Shown here: positions 17,144 through 25,590 of the stretch, one piece after another | Layout of the letters: each line of letters begins with the position of its first letter | Numbering within the stretch: position 1 is the first letter of the stretch | From: Candidatus Methylomirabilota bacterium | Lineage (GTDB): Bacteria > Methylomirabilota > Methylomirabilia > Rokubacteriales > CSP1-6 | DNA: 36,616 nt | Reading direction: 5' to 3' | Assembly: GCA_046726415.1 (NCBI GenBank) | Contig: JBKPAK010000254.1 | Location: 1-36,616, forward strand | The notes under the pieces: model-generated | Told to the model about the DNA's origin: nothing | What the model saw: the letters and a program-made list of their open reading frames with translations, nothing else | Database searches by the model: none | Position numbers and translations under genes: made by a program

Positions 17144-20100
17144 TCAGCGGACACCCATAAGGTACTGGACCACCGCGCTGATGCCGGCCCCGCCGAACAT
17201 GACCGCGAGCGCGCCGAGGATGGGCTGGCGGGTGAGCGGCGCGAAGGCCCCCTCGTCGGCGCGTTCCACGTCGTCGATCATGAGCTTCACGCGATCGAGG
17301 TCGGCTGCGCCGGCGCCGGACCCTAGGAGACGGCGCAGTCGAGCCCGCAGATGGCGCAAGGCGTTGCGCCGCAGACGCGTCGCGCGAACCATCAGCGCCA
17401 CGACGCATCCGACAATATAGGCGAGGCTGAGACCGAAGCCGACGTACAGCCCCGGCGGGGTGTCCCAGTCGTCGAAGAATCGGTTGCGAGCCACCATCAT
17501 CAGGCAGATGACGGTGAACGGCAGGTAGACGAGCCAGCTCATCGCGGCCGTCCATTGAGCCGTGAAGCGGATGTCGAGCCAGTAGCTCACGTCGTCGTCC
17601 ACCGCGGTGGCGGTGGACGTCCCGGCCAGCGGCACCGCCGCCACGTCGGTCAGCGCCGAGCGGGACGGCGGGCCCCACGCCACGCGCGCGGGCTGTGATC
17701 CCTCGCCGCTCGCCGCATGTCCGTTGGTGGCCGGGGCCAGCCAGGACTGATCGCGCGCTCCCGGGGGCCAGAGCGTCGGGCGCTCGGCGGTCAGCCCCCT
17801 CGTGACCTTGTCGCACAGGCGGATCACGTCGACCGTGTACATCTGGAGCCAGAGCACGACGGGCATGCAAAGAAGGAAGAGCAGCCCGAAGTCCACGCGG
17901 CGGATGATGGTGCCTCGGGCGGGAAGATGAGGAAAGCCGAAGTACTGCATCAGGCAGAAGACCATTCCGAACGCGAGAAACATCGAGAGGACGACCCGGA
18001 CGTTCCGGCGCCAGCCCCGGCTCTGCTGGAGGTACTCGCCCCAGAGCTGCACGCTGTCGACCGGAAGGCGGCACGCGATGCGATCGAATCCCTGCAGGGT
18101 GACCGCCTCGTACAGCGTGAGCCACCGGCCGTGGCTGGCGCCGCGTGTCGGGGGTGGGGCCAGCGCGACCGGGAAAGGATCGAGACAGTACTGCTCGGTC
18201 ATGCTCCGGGCGGCCCCCCTGACTATCCGGGCGGCGAGGAACGAGAACGCCAGGGCCAAGAGTAGGGCGATCACCCGAACCAGCTCGGTGGGCCACATGC
18301 TGACCCCGCCGTCCCATGAGAAGGGTTCGGGCCGATCTTCCTCGAATCGCGCCGCTCCGCCCCCTACGAAGAAGAGGAAGATCGAGGCGGCGCACGCCAG
18401 AGCCGCGCCCCAGGCGAGAGGACCCCGCCATCCCCTGAATGAATGCACGAGGATGTCGCGGGCGCCGGAGCTGAAGGCGAGCACGGTTGCGATGACGAGA
18501 CCGGCGGCTGCCACCCACCATCCATCGAGCCGCGAGAGGGCCGGGCGAAGCTCGGGCGGCTTCGGCGTCACATCGGGGCAAGTGATAGCCGAGGCGCACT
18601 TGTCCGTCCCACCCTTCACGCTCAGATCGAACTCCTTCCGCCGGCCGATCTCGAACACGCGCGGCGTCCAGGACGCTCGAAAGCCCGGCGGAGCGACGTC
18701 GACGCCAGTCCGCAAGGCGTGGTCGACGGCGACGCGCGCCGAGAGGAAGTACGCCGTCTGATAGGAGTCCCGGAACGGCGGAATGCTCGCCTGGAGCTCG
18801 GGCCGCAGGCGAAGGCCGAGGGGCGCGAGGACGACGAGGTTTCGCGCCCAGTTGAACTCGTCGGCGTGCAACATGCGGGCGTCGAGGTCGAAGGTGAAGA
18901 ACGTGGCCTGGGGATGCCGTGGCCGCAGGGCTTGGAGGATGAGTAGCTTGTCGTACACGTCGCTCCCCAGGACTCCGACGACGAGAGACAGGCTCTGCCG
19001 CCCGGCGCTGGGCGACTCTCCGGAATCCTTCGCCAGCCGATCCAGCTCGTCGGCCAGCCGACGCACGTAGTCGAGCTGGGGCGCTCCTTCGGCCCGCTCG
19101 CGCGGGTCGGCCGCTCGCTGAAGGCCTTGCCCGGGAGACTTGTCGCCCGGATCGCCAGGCTTCCTGGCCTCACGGCCGGGGATGACCCCGTCGAGGCCGC
19201 GCTGATACTCGAACAGCCTCACTCGCCCGCCGCACCACCAATCATCCCGATGCAGCACACCATGGTCGGAGCGGCCCCGACGTTCGCCGCAGATGGCGTA
19301 GCTGACCAGCTCCACACCGCGCCGCCCGTACAGCGTGTCCCACTCCGACACCACGGCCACCCGAGTTTGCCGGCCCTCCAAATCGACGCTCCTGGCCCTG
19401 AGCTCCTGCTTCAGCTCATCGATCAGCCTGTCATCGGTCGGCAGGATCCGGATGAAATGCAGTCCGGCGCGAGCGAGCCACTGCTCCAGGCTGTCCGATC
19501 GCATGCTCTGGCGGACGGAGCCGGGGACGACCGGCGTGTCTGCCGAGCCCGGGATGACGTAGTCGTCGGGCAGAGTGGCCGTGGAGAGCACGTAGGTCGG
19601 CGAGACGCAGCTCACGTCGGCCGGCCTCCGTTGAACGACGTCATCGACGTCATCGACAAGAGCCCGCACGCTGCCGGACTCGGCCGGCCCCAGCATGACC
19701 AGGCGGGCGCCGATCGTCCGCCCTCCGCTGGAATCGCAAATACCCATCTCCGCCAGCAAGGCGGCGGTCTTCCGGACGGTGGCGCTGCCGAACACGCGCT
19801 CGTCGAGCCAGAGCAGCAGGACCTGATCGAGCCGCTCGCTCTTCCGGGACGTGACGACCTCCAGCCACTCGTACACCACCAGGGGAGGCAGGCCGACCTT
19901 TTGCGCACCGAGTCCGGTCTCGAAGTAGCCGACGTGCTCGGCGTCGACCGGCTTGAGCCCGGATGCTCGGAGACCGGAGAGGGTCGCATACCGGGTGCGA
20001 CGGCGGCTCTCTCCGTTTTCGGGGTACGGGCCTCCCGGGACGAAGGCGAACAGGACGAGCGGCGGCGCCGTTGAGGCGTCCGCCCTCCTCTGGAACTCCT

Positions 20101-20404
20101 CCTTCATGTAGGTGGCGCTGTGGCGCTCGCGCTGGAGCGCAGCGGCGGGGTGACTCCGGGCATCGCCGCTATCGGCAGTCCGGCGCCGCTCGCGTTCGGC
20201 GTCGACCGCCTCGAAAGGATCCTGCCATAGTCGGGCGTCCACATTCTGGGCACTGACAAAGCGGTTCTCGACCGGGGGAGCCACGTTCGGCCGCATCACC
20301 ACGAGCGGCAGCCGGGGCACGATGACGATCCCCACGACCGCCACGATGGAGAGGGCCAGCTTGGTGATCTGTTGCCAGGTCGTATGAGAATCGGCGTCTG
20401 CCAT
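17144..20404 (-). CDS. Large uncharacterised membrane protein (N-terminal anchor, ~600-aa soluble alpha/beta domain, about 8 C-terminal TM segments)
   Basis: 1086-aa ORF; ATG after GGAGG; motif-like blocks ARLWQDPF, SEWDTLYGR, GVLGSDVYDKLLIL, DLDAR, PPFRDSYQTA; hydrophobic C-terminal third. Confidence 0.8.
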   Translation of the reverse strand: MADADSHTTWQQITKLALSIVAVVGIVIVPRLPLVVMRPNVAPPVENRFVSAQNVDARLWQDPFEAVDAERERRRTADSGDARSHPAAALQRERHSATYMKEEFQRRADASTAPPLVLFAFVPGGPYPENGESRRRTRYATLSGLRASGLKPVDAEHVGYFETGLGAQKVGLPPLVVYEWLEVVTSRKSERLDQVLLLWLDERVFGSATVRKTAALLAEMGICDSSGGRTIGARLVMLGPAESGSVRALVDDVDDVVQRRPADVSCVSPTYVLSTATLPDDYVIPGSADTPVVPGSVRQSMRSDSLEQWLARAGLHFIRILPTDDRLIDELKQELRARSVDLEGRQTRVAVVSEWDTLYGRRGVELVSYAICGERRGRSDHGVLHRDDWWCGGRVRLFEYQRGLDGVIPGREARKPGDPGDKSPGQGLQRAADPRERAEGAPQLDYVRRLADELDRLAKDSGESPSAGRQSLSLVVGVLGSDVYDKLLILQALRPRHPQATFFTFDLDARMLHADEFNWARNLVVLAPLGLRLRPELQASIPPFRDSYQTAYFLSARVAVDHALRTGVDVAPPGFRASWTPRVFEIGRRKEFDLSVKGGTDKCASAITCPDVTPKPPELRPALSRLDGWWVAAAGLVIATVLAFSSGARDILVHSFRGWRGPLAWGAALACAASIFLFFVGGGAARFEEDRPEPFSWDGGVSMWPTELVRVIALLLALAFSFLAARIVRGAARSMTEQYCLDPFPVALAPPPTRGASHGRWLTLYEAVTLQGFDRIACRLPVDSVQLWGEYLQQSRGWRRNVRVVLSMFLAFGMVFCLMQYFGFPHLPARGTIIRRVDFGLLFLLCMPVVLWLQMYTVDVIRLCDKVTRGLTAERPTLWPPGARDQSWLAPATNGHAASGEGSQPARVAWGPPSRSALTDVAAVPLAGTSTATAVDDDVSYWLDIRFTAQWTAAMSWLVYLPFTVICLMMVARNRFFDDWDTPPGLYVGFGLSLAYIVGCVVALMVRATRLRRNALRHLRARLRRLLGSGAGAADLDRVKLMIDDVERADEGAFAPLTRQPILGALAVMFGGAGISAVVQYLMGVR

Positions 20405-20461
20405 CGCCGCCCCTCCCGTGCCAAACGATGGCCGTGCGACTGCCGGCCGATGAGGTACACG

Positions 20462-20476
20462 GCAAGGGGGATGCCA
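20462..20476 (-). promoter_or_regulatory. Sigma54 (-24/-12) promoter upstream of the 1086-aa gene
   Basis: Minus strand TGGCAT-CCCCC-TTGC, 58 nt before the ATG; AT-rich IHF-like segment at about 20490-20507. Confidence 0.7.
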
Positions 20477-20796
20477 GGTGACGAGAACGTTAAATTACAT
20501 ACTTATGAGCGGCGTCGCCGCTGGCTACCAGGTGGTTGACCAGGGACCCACCACCAGATGCCGATTATCTGACTGCCGAAAAGCCCGCAGCTAACCCGGA
20601 CTTCTGCCTCTCGTCGCCAGCCCGACCTCCAGCTGTCGCCTCAACCGGCCGCGGACTGATGAACGGCGCACGCACAGCCCGCCTGGTGGTAGACGACTAT
20701 TTAATTGGGCCCAACCAACCCTGGGGAGAAACCGTGGTGACCACATTCCAAGCCGCGGACGTCGCTCAGCGCTCTCGGCATCGCCCGCGCCGACGA

Positions 20797-20860
20797 CGAC
20801 CGCGGCCTGGAACGCTCCTGCACTACTGCGACCGCGGCCTGGAACGCTCCTGCACTACTG
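20797..20860. repeat. Perfect 32-bp tandem duplication covering the ligase stop codon
   Basis: CGACCGCGGCCTGGAACGCTCCTGCACTACTG at 20797-20828 and 20829-20860. Confidence 0.95.
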
Positions 20861-22528
20861 CGCGTACTTCTGGCGCAGAACCTTTTTGTCGAGCTTGCCC
20901 ACGCTGGTCTTGTCGAGCGCCGAAACGGACCGCACCCGGCTCGGGACCGCCCACTTGGAGACCACGCCCTTGTCGGCATACCGCTGGACATGGACCTTGA
21001 TGTCATCCTCGGTGATCGTGTTCGCGCAGTCCGCCTTGGCGACGATCAGCGCCAGGGGGCGCTCCCCCCACCGCTCGTCCGGCACACCGATGACGGCGGC
21101 CTCGCTGACCCCCGGATGCTGGGAAAGGATGTCCTCGATCTCCAGCGAGGAGATCCACTCGCCACCCGACTTGATCACGTCTTTGAGGCGATCGGTGATC
21201 CCGACATAGTCGTCGGCGTCGATGCTCGCGATGTCGTTGGTGTGCAGATAGCCGCCCCGCCAGAGCTGCTCGGAGCTCCGAGCATCGCCGAGGTAGCCCT
21301 GGGTCAGCCATGGAGCCCGCACCACCACCTCACCGGCGGCTTTGCCGTCGCGGGGTACGTCGCGCATCTCCTCGTCGACGATTCGCAAATCCACGAGGGG
21401 CACCGGCCGGCCCGCCTTCGCTCGGATCTCCATCTGCCCGTTCGCATCGCGCCCGGCAATCTCGGGCGTGAGCTGCGCGATGGTGAGGATCGGGCACGTC
21501 TCGGACATCCCGTAGCCGGCGAAGACATCGATGCCTCGCGCCAGGGCCGCCCGGGCCAGCCCCTTCGACAGCGCCGAGCCTCCGATGATCATCTTGAAGC
21601 CGCTGAGGTCGACATCCTGGCTGCCCGGGCAGTTCAGGAGCATGTGCAGGATGGTCGGCACGCAGTGGGAGAAGGTCACCTTTTCGGTCTGGATCAGGCG
21701 GAGCAGCACGTCGGGCGCATAGCGGCCCGGGTAGACCTGCTTGACGCCCATGACGGTGGCCATATACGGGATGCCCCACGCGTGGACGTGGAACATCGGC
21801 GTGATCGGCATGTACACGTCTCCCCGATGGAAGCGCTGGCCCGCCGCCGCGGTCCCCAGGGCGGCCAGCCCGGCCAGGGTGTGCAGCACGAGCTGCCGAT
21901 GGCTGAAGTACACGCCCTTGGGAAGCCCCGTCGTCCCCGTCGTGTAGAAGGTCGTGGCGCGCGTGTTCTCGTCGACGTCACCGAACTCGTAGCCGGCTGA
22001 GCCCGACGCCAACAGCTCCTCGTACTCGGCCGCGATGGCCAGCGCGGTCGTCGGCCGATCGACCGCGTCGGTGAGGAGGACGTACGTCTTCACGGGCTCG
22101 ATCCGGTCCTTGATCTCCTCGAGCACCTGGAGAAAGTCGGCGTGGACCAGGACGACCGTGGGTCTGGCGTGGTTCAGCGTGTAGAGGATCTGCTCTGGCG
22201 AGAGTCGGACGTTCACCGTCTGGAGCACCGCCCCCATCATGGGCACCGCGAAGTAGCACTCGAGGTACCGGTGGCTGTCCCAGTCCAGCACGGCCACGGT
22301 GTCGCCAGGCTCGACGCCCAGGAGCGCGAGCGCGCTGGCCAGCTTGCCGATCCGCTGGCGCAGGGCCCGGTAGTCGTATCGCGTCAGATCCCGATAGACG
22401 ATCTCCCGGTTCGGCTCGGTGGCCAGCGCGGTGTGGAGCAGGTGCTTGACAAGCAGCGGATAGCCGTAGGCCGAGGGCGTCCGCTCGATGAGGTTCGCGG
22501 GCAGGCGGGTGTCGAGATCCGTCAGCAT
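20855..22528 (-). CDS. Medium/long-chain fatty acid--CoA ligase (AlkK/FadD-like)
   Basis: YTTGTTGLPKGV AMP-binding loop, PMFHVHAWG, GYGMSET, DRLKDVIKSGGEWISS, KTSVGK. Confidence 0.95.
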   Translation of the reverse strand: MLTDLDTRLPANLIERTPSAYGYPLLVKHLLHTALATEPNREIVYRDLTRYDYRALRQRIGKLASALALLGVEPGDTVAVLDWDSHRYLECYFAVPMMGAVLQTVNVRLSPEQILYTLNHARPTVVLVHADFLQVLEEIKDRIEPVKTYVLLTDAVDRPTTALAIAAEYEELLASGSAGYEFGDVDENTRATTFYTTGTTGLPKGVYFSHRQLVLHTLAGLAALGTAAAGQRFHRGDVYMPITPMFHVHAWGIPYMATVMGVKQVYPGRYAPDVLLRLIQTEKVTFSHCVPTILHMLLNCPGSQDVDLSGFKMIIGGSALSKGLARAALARGIDVFAGYGMSETCPILTIAQLTPEIAGRDANGQMEIRAKAGRPVPLVDLRIVDEEMRDVPRDGKAAGEVVVRAPWLTQGYLGDARSSEQLWRGGYLHTNDIASIDADDYVGITDRLKDVIKSGGEWISSLEIEDILSQHPGVSEAAVIGVPDERWGERPLALIVAKADCANTITEDDIKVHVQRYADKGVVSKWAVPSRVRSVSALDKTSVGKLDKKVLRQKYAQ

Positions 22529-23394
22529 GTCGTGTTCTCCTTCTCTTTGCGTCCGAGACCGTTCGTCCTTCGTCCGCCGCTGAGAAACGCCCGGACGATT
22601 GGAGCCAGCTCCTCGGCGGAGGTCACCAGGCCGAGATGCCCGTCATCGAAAATGTGGAGTCGGGAATGCGGGATGAGCCAGGCCAGGATTCTTCCGTTGA
22701 GACAGGGGACGATCGGGTCGTCCCGGCCCGTCAGGATCAACGTGGGCTGAGGCAGCCTGTGCAGCCAGTGGATGCTCGTCCAGCCGACACCGGCCAGGAG
22801 CTGCCGGTAGTATCCAGACGGATCACCCGCGCGTACTTCGCGCGCCAGTCTCGCCGCGAGCGCGGGGTTTGCGCGAAGGCGGCCACCATAGAGCCGCCCG
22901 GCGATCGCCGCCATGTAGGACGGGTCCTGATAACGCCGGGGGCTGGCCAGCGCGAGAAGTGCCGACAAGCGGCCGGGCACCATGATGGCGCCGGTCCCGG
23001 TGGAAACCAGGATCAGCCGGCGGCAGCGGTCTCGATGCTGGTGGGCGAACTGCTGAGCGAGGGCGCCGCCCCAGGACACGCCGAGGACATCGACCGTGCG
23101 GTAGCCGAGCTGATCGAGCATGCCGGCGATCAGCTGCGCGAGCCCGGGAAAGCGCACAGGGATTGGCGGCGCCGGCGACTCCCCGGCGCCCGGTAGGTCC
23201 ACCCGGATCGTCTCGATCCCCGCCCCGAGCGCATCGACGAAGGGCTGGAACAACTCGAGGTTGGCCCCGATGCCGTTGAGGAGCAGCAATGGCCGTCCAT
23301 CGCCGTCACCCCGCTGGATCACCACGCGGAGACGCTGCCCGTCGACGTCGATCGCGCTGATCCGCGCCCCTGTCGCCCGACGCGCTGACGGCAT
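22522..23394 (-). CDS. phaZ: Intracellular poly(3-hydroxyalkanoate) depolymerase, Pseudomonas PhaZ type
   Basis: LL.NGIGANLEL..PFV.AL, GVSWGGALAQQFA, MVPG, G.DDPIVP..N, DDGHL; start overlaps the phaC stop (TGATG). Confidence 0.9.
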   Translation of the reverse strand: MPSARRATGARISAIDVDGQRLRVVIQRGDGDGRPLLLLNGIGANLELFQPFVDALGAGIETIRVDLPGAGESPAPPIPVRFPGLAQLIAGMLDQLGYRTVDVLGVSWGGALAQQFAHQHRDRCRRLILVSTGTGAIMVPGRLSALLALASPRRYQDPSYMAAIAGRLYGGRLRANPALAARLAREVRAGDPSGYYRQLLAGVGWTSIHWLHRLPQPTLILTGRDDPIVPCLNGRILAWLIPHSRLHIFDDGHLGLVTSAEELAPIVRAFLSGGRRTNGLGRKEKENTTC

Positions 23395-25109
23395 CACCGC
23401 TCCGTCGAGGCGCCGAGGACGTAGGTCCCCGGGGCCTGGCGCCCGGCCGGGTGGCGCCGGCTCCCGAGCGCCTTCGGCGCCGGCCGGCGCGGGCCGGAAC
23501 GGGCGATGCTCCAGTCGCGCCAGTGGTCCCACCAGCTACCCGACTGCGCCTGGGCGCCGGCCAGCCATTCGTCAGCATTGCCCGGACAGTGAGGCCCCGT
23601 GAAGAACTTCGCTTTGGTGTTGGTGGGCGGGCTCACGATGCTCTGGACGTGGCCGCTGCCGTTGAGCACGAACTCCCGCTGGCCGCCCAGCATCTGCGTG
23701 GTGGCGTAGCACGCTTTCCAGGGGACGATGTGATCGGTGATGCCGGCCAGGATGTAGGCGTCGCAGGTGACGTTGGACAGATCGATTGGTGTTCCCAGGA
23801 TCGAGAGGGCGCCGGGATTCCTGAACGGATTCGTGGCGACCATGTCCAGGAACTCCCCGTGCAGCCGAGCGGGCAGGGACGTCGAGTCGTTGTTCCAGTA
23901 GAGGACGTCGAAGGCCGGCGGATCGTTGCCGAGCAGGTAGTTGTTGACCCAGTAGTTCCACACCAGGTCGTTCGGGCGCAGCCACGCGAAGGCCCGCCCG
24001 ATTTCGTTCGCCGGGAGCACGCCTTTGACGGATGAGTTGAGCCTGGCCAGGGCGAGGGCTTCTCGGGTGGCGAACGAGCCGACGAGAGACTCGGCCTGGG
24101 TATCGAGCAGCGCCACCAGCAGACTCACGGCATTGATGCGGCGCTCGCCCTTGGCGGCCAGGTGGGCCAGGAGCGCCATGGTGGTGATTCCGCCCGCACA
24201 GGCGCCCAGCATGTTGACGTCCGGGCTGCCCGTGATCTCAGACGCCGCGTCCATGGCCTGCAGGATGGCGGTCACATAGGTCTCGAGGCCCCACTCGCGT
24301 TGCGACGGGGTGGGATTGCGCCAGCTGATGGCGAACACCTGCACCCCGCTCTTCACGGCGTACTCGAAGAGGCTCCGGTCGGGCGCCAGATCGAACAGAT
24401 AGAACTTGTTGATCTGAGGCGGCACGACGAGGAGAGGCCGCTCGTAGACTTCCTCGCTGGCCGGCGCGTATTGGACCAGCTCCAGCACCTCGTTCTTGAA
24501 CACGACGGCCCCCGGCGAAACGGCCAGGTTCTTACCGACCTGAAAGGCCGACTTGTCGACCTGGGCCGGCATCGCGCCGTTGGTCGCGATATCGCGGAGC
24601 AGGTTGACGAGGCCGCACCCGAGGCTGGCCCCTCCGGTCTCTAACGCCTTCTTCAGCGCCGCCGGATTGCCCAGCACGAAGTTGGTGGGGGCGGCCGCCT
24701 CGGTCAGTAGCGACACTGCGAAGTGGGCCCGTGCCGTATTCGCGGCCGGCAGCCCGAGCGCGTCCACCAGAGCGTGGAGGCTCTGGCGGCACGCCAGATA
24801 GCTCTGCAGCCAGGCCCGATAGAAGGGGTTTTCACTCCATGTCGGATCCTGGAAGCGCCGGTCGCCCGGATCGGGCGCGCGCGTCGATCGGCCGGCGAGC
24901 ACGCCGATCAACTCGCGCACCAGCGCGGCCTGCTGTTCCAGCACGACCCCCGGCTGCTTCACGGCGTGCTCGCCGATTCCCTGGATGACTCGGAAGACAT
25001 CCGGGCCGGTGAGGCCCACGAAGGGGTTGGGGCCGAGAAGGGCGCCCACCACACCTTCGGCGAAGCTCTCGGGCTTGACTCCCTGCTCGGCGCTCTCAAC
25101 GGGCGGCAT
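23394..25109 (-). CDS. phaC: Poly(3-hydroxyalkanoate) synthase, class II-like
   Basis: LGPNP..G N-terminus, DRRF.DP.W..NP.Y, PPQINKFY..DL.P, GAC.GG box, W.RPNDL.WNYWVNNYL.G, DHI.PW, SGH.QSI..PP, GSWW.HW. Confidence 0.93.
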   Translation of the reverse strand: MPPVESAEQGVKPESFAEGVVGALLGPNPFVGLTGPDVFRVIQGIGEHAVKQPGVVLEQQAALVRELIGVLAGRSTRAPDPGDRRFQDPTWSENPFYRAWLQSYLACRQSLHALVDALGLPAANTARAHFAVSLLTEAAAPTNFVLGNPAALKKALETGGASLGCGLVNLLRDIATNGAMPAQVDKSAFQVGKNLAVSPGAVVFKNEVLELVQYAPASEEVYERPLLVVPPQINKFYLFDLAPDRSLFEYAVKSGVQVFAISWRNPTPSQREWGLETYVTAILQAMDAASEITGSPDVNMLGACAGGITTMALLAHLAAKGERRINAVSLLVALLDTQAESLVGSFATREALALARLNSSVKGVLPANEIGRAFAWLRPNDLVWNYWVNNYLLGNDPPAFDVLYWNNDSTSLPARLHGEFLDMVATNPFRNPGALSILGTPIDLSNVTCDAYILAGITDHIVPWKACYATTQMLGGQREFVLNGSGHVQSIVSPPTNTKAKFFTGPHCPGNADEWLAGAQAQSGSWWDHWRDWSIARSGPRRPAPKALGSRRHPAGRQAPGTYVLGASTER

Positions 25110-25590
25110 GGTTCTCCTCCGCTCTGCCGGCGACCAGCATCGCGAGAGCTTCCGCGACCATGGCCGGCTTGTCCTCGCCTTCGATCTCGATCGTGTGCTG
25201 CGCCTTGACCAGCACGCGTCCCGGGCCCTTGTCCTCTACCGCCAGGAGGGTGACGCGGTCGCGGATGCGCGCGCCCGCCTTCACCGGGGTCATGAAGCGC
25301 ACGCGGTCCAGGCCGTAGTTGAATGCCTGATCCGCATCGGCAGGGACGAGGCCGACCTCGTAGGTGAAGCGCGCGAGCAGGGCCAAGGTCAGGTAGCCGT
25401 GAGCCACCGTGGAGCCGAACACGCTCTCCCGACCCGCGCGCTCGACGTCGACGTGAATCCATTGATGATCGTCCGTGCAGTCCGCGAATTGATCGATGCG
25501 CTTCTGGTCGATGGCCACCCACTCGGTAACCCCGAGCGAGCGCCCGACGAACTGCGGGAGCGTTCGCAGCCAGTAGCCTTCAAGCGCCAT
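25096..25590 (-). CDS. MaoC/NodN-family dehydratase, probable (R)-specific enoyl-CoA hydratase (PhaJ-like)
   Basis: Q.RI..FA..T.DHQWIH.D.ERA (Asp-x4-His dyad), T.AHGYLTL, NYGLD.VRF..PV; directly upstream of and overlapping phaC. Confidence 0.88.
   Translation of the reverse strand: MALEGYWLRTLPQFVGRSLGVTEWVAIDQKRIDQFADCTDDHQWIHVDVERAGRESVFGSTVAHGYLTLALLARFTYEVGLVPADADQAFNYGLDRVRFMTPVKAGARIRDRVTLLAVEDKGPGRVLVKAQHTIEIEGEDKPAMVAEALAMLVAGRAEENHAAR

Noticed and set aside
20536-20796. Possible gene remnant (MNGARTARLVVDDYLIGPNQPWGETVV...)
   Set aside because: No recognisable family, and the frame runs antisense into the ligase; needs a homology search
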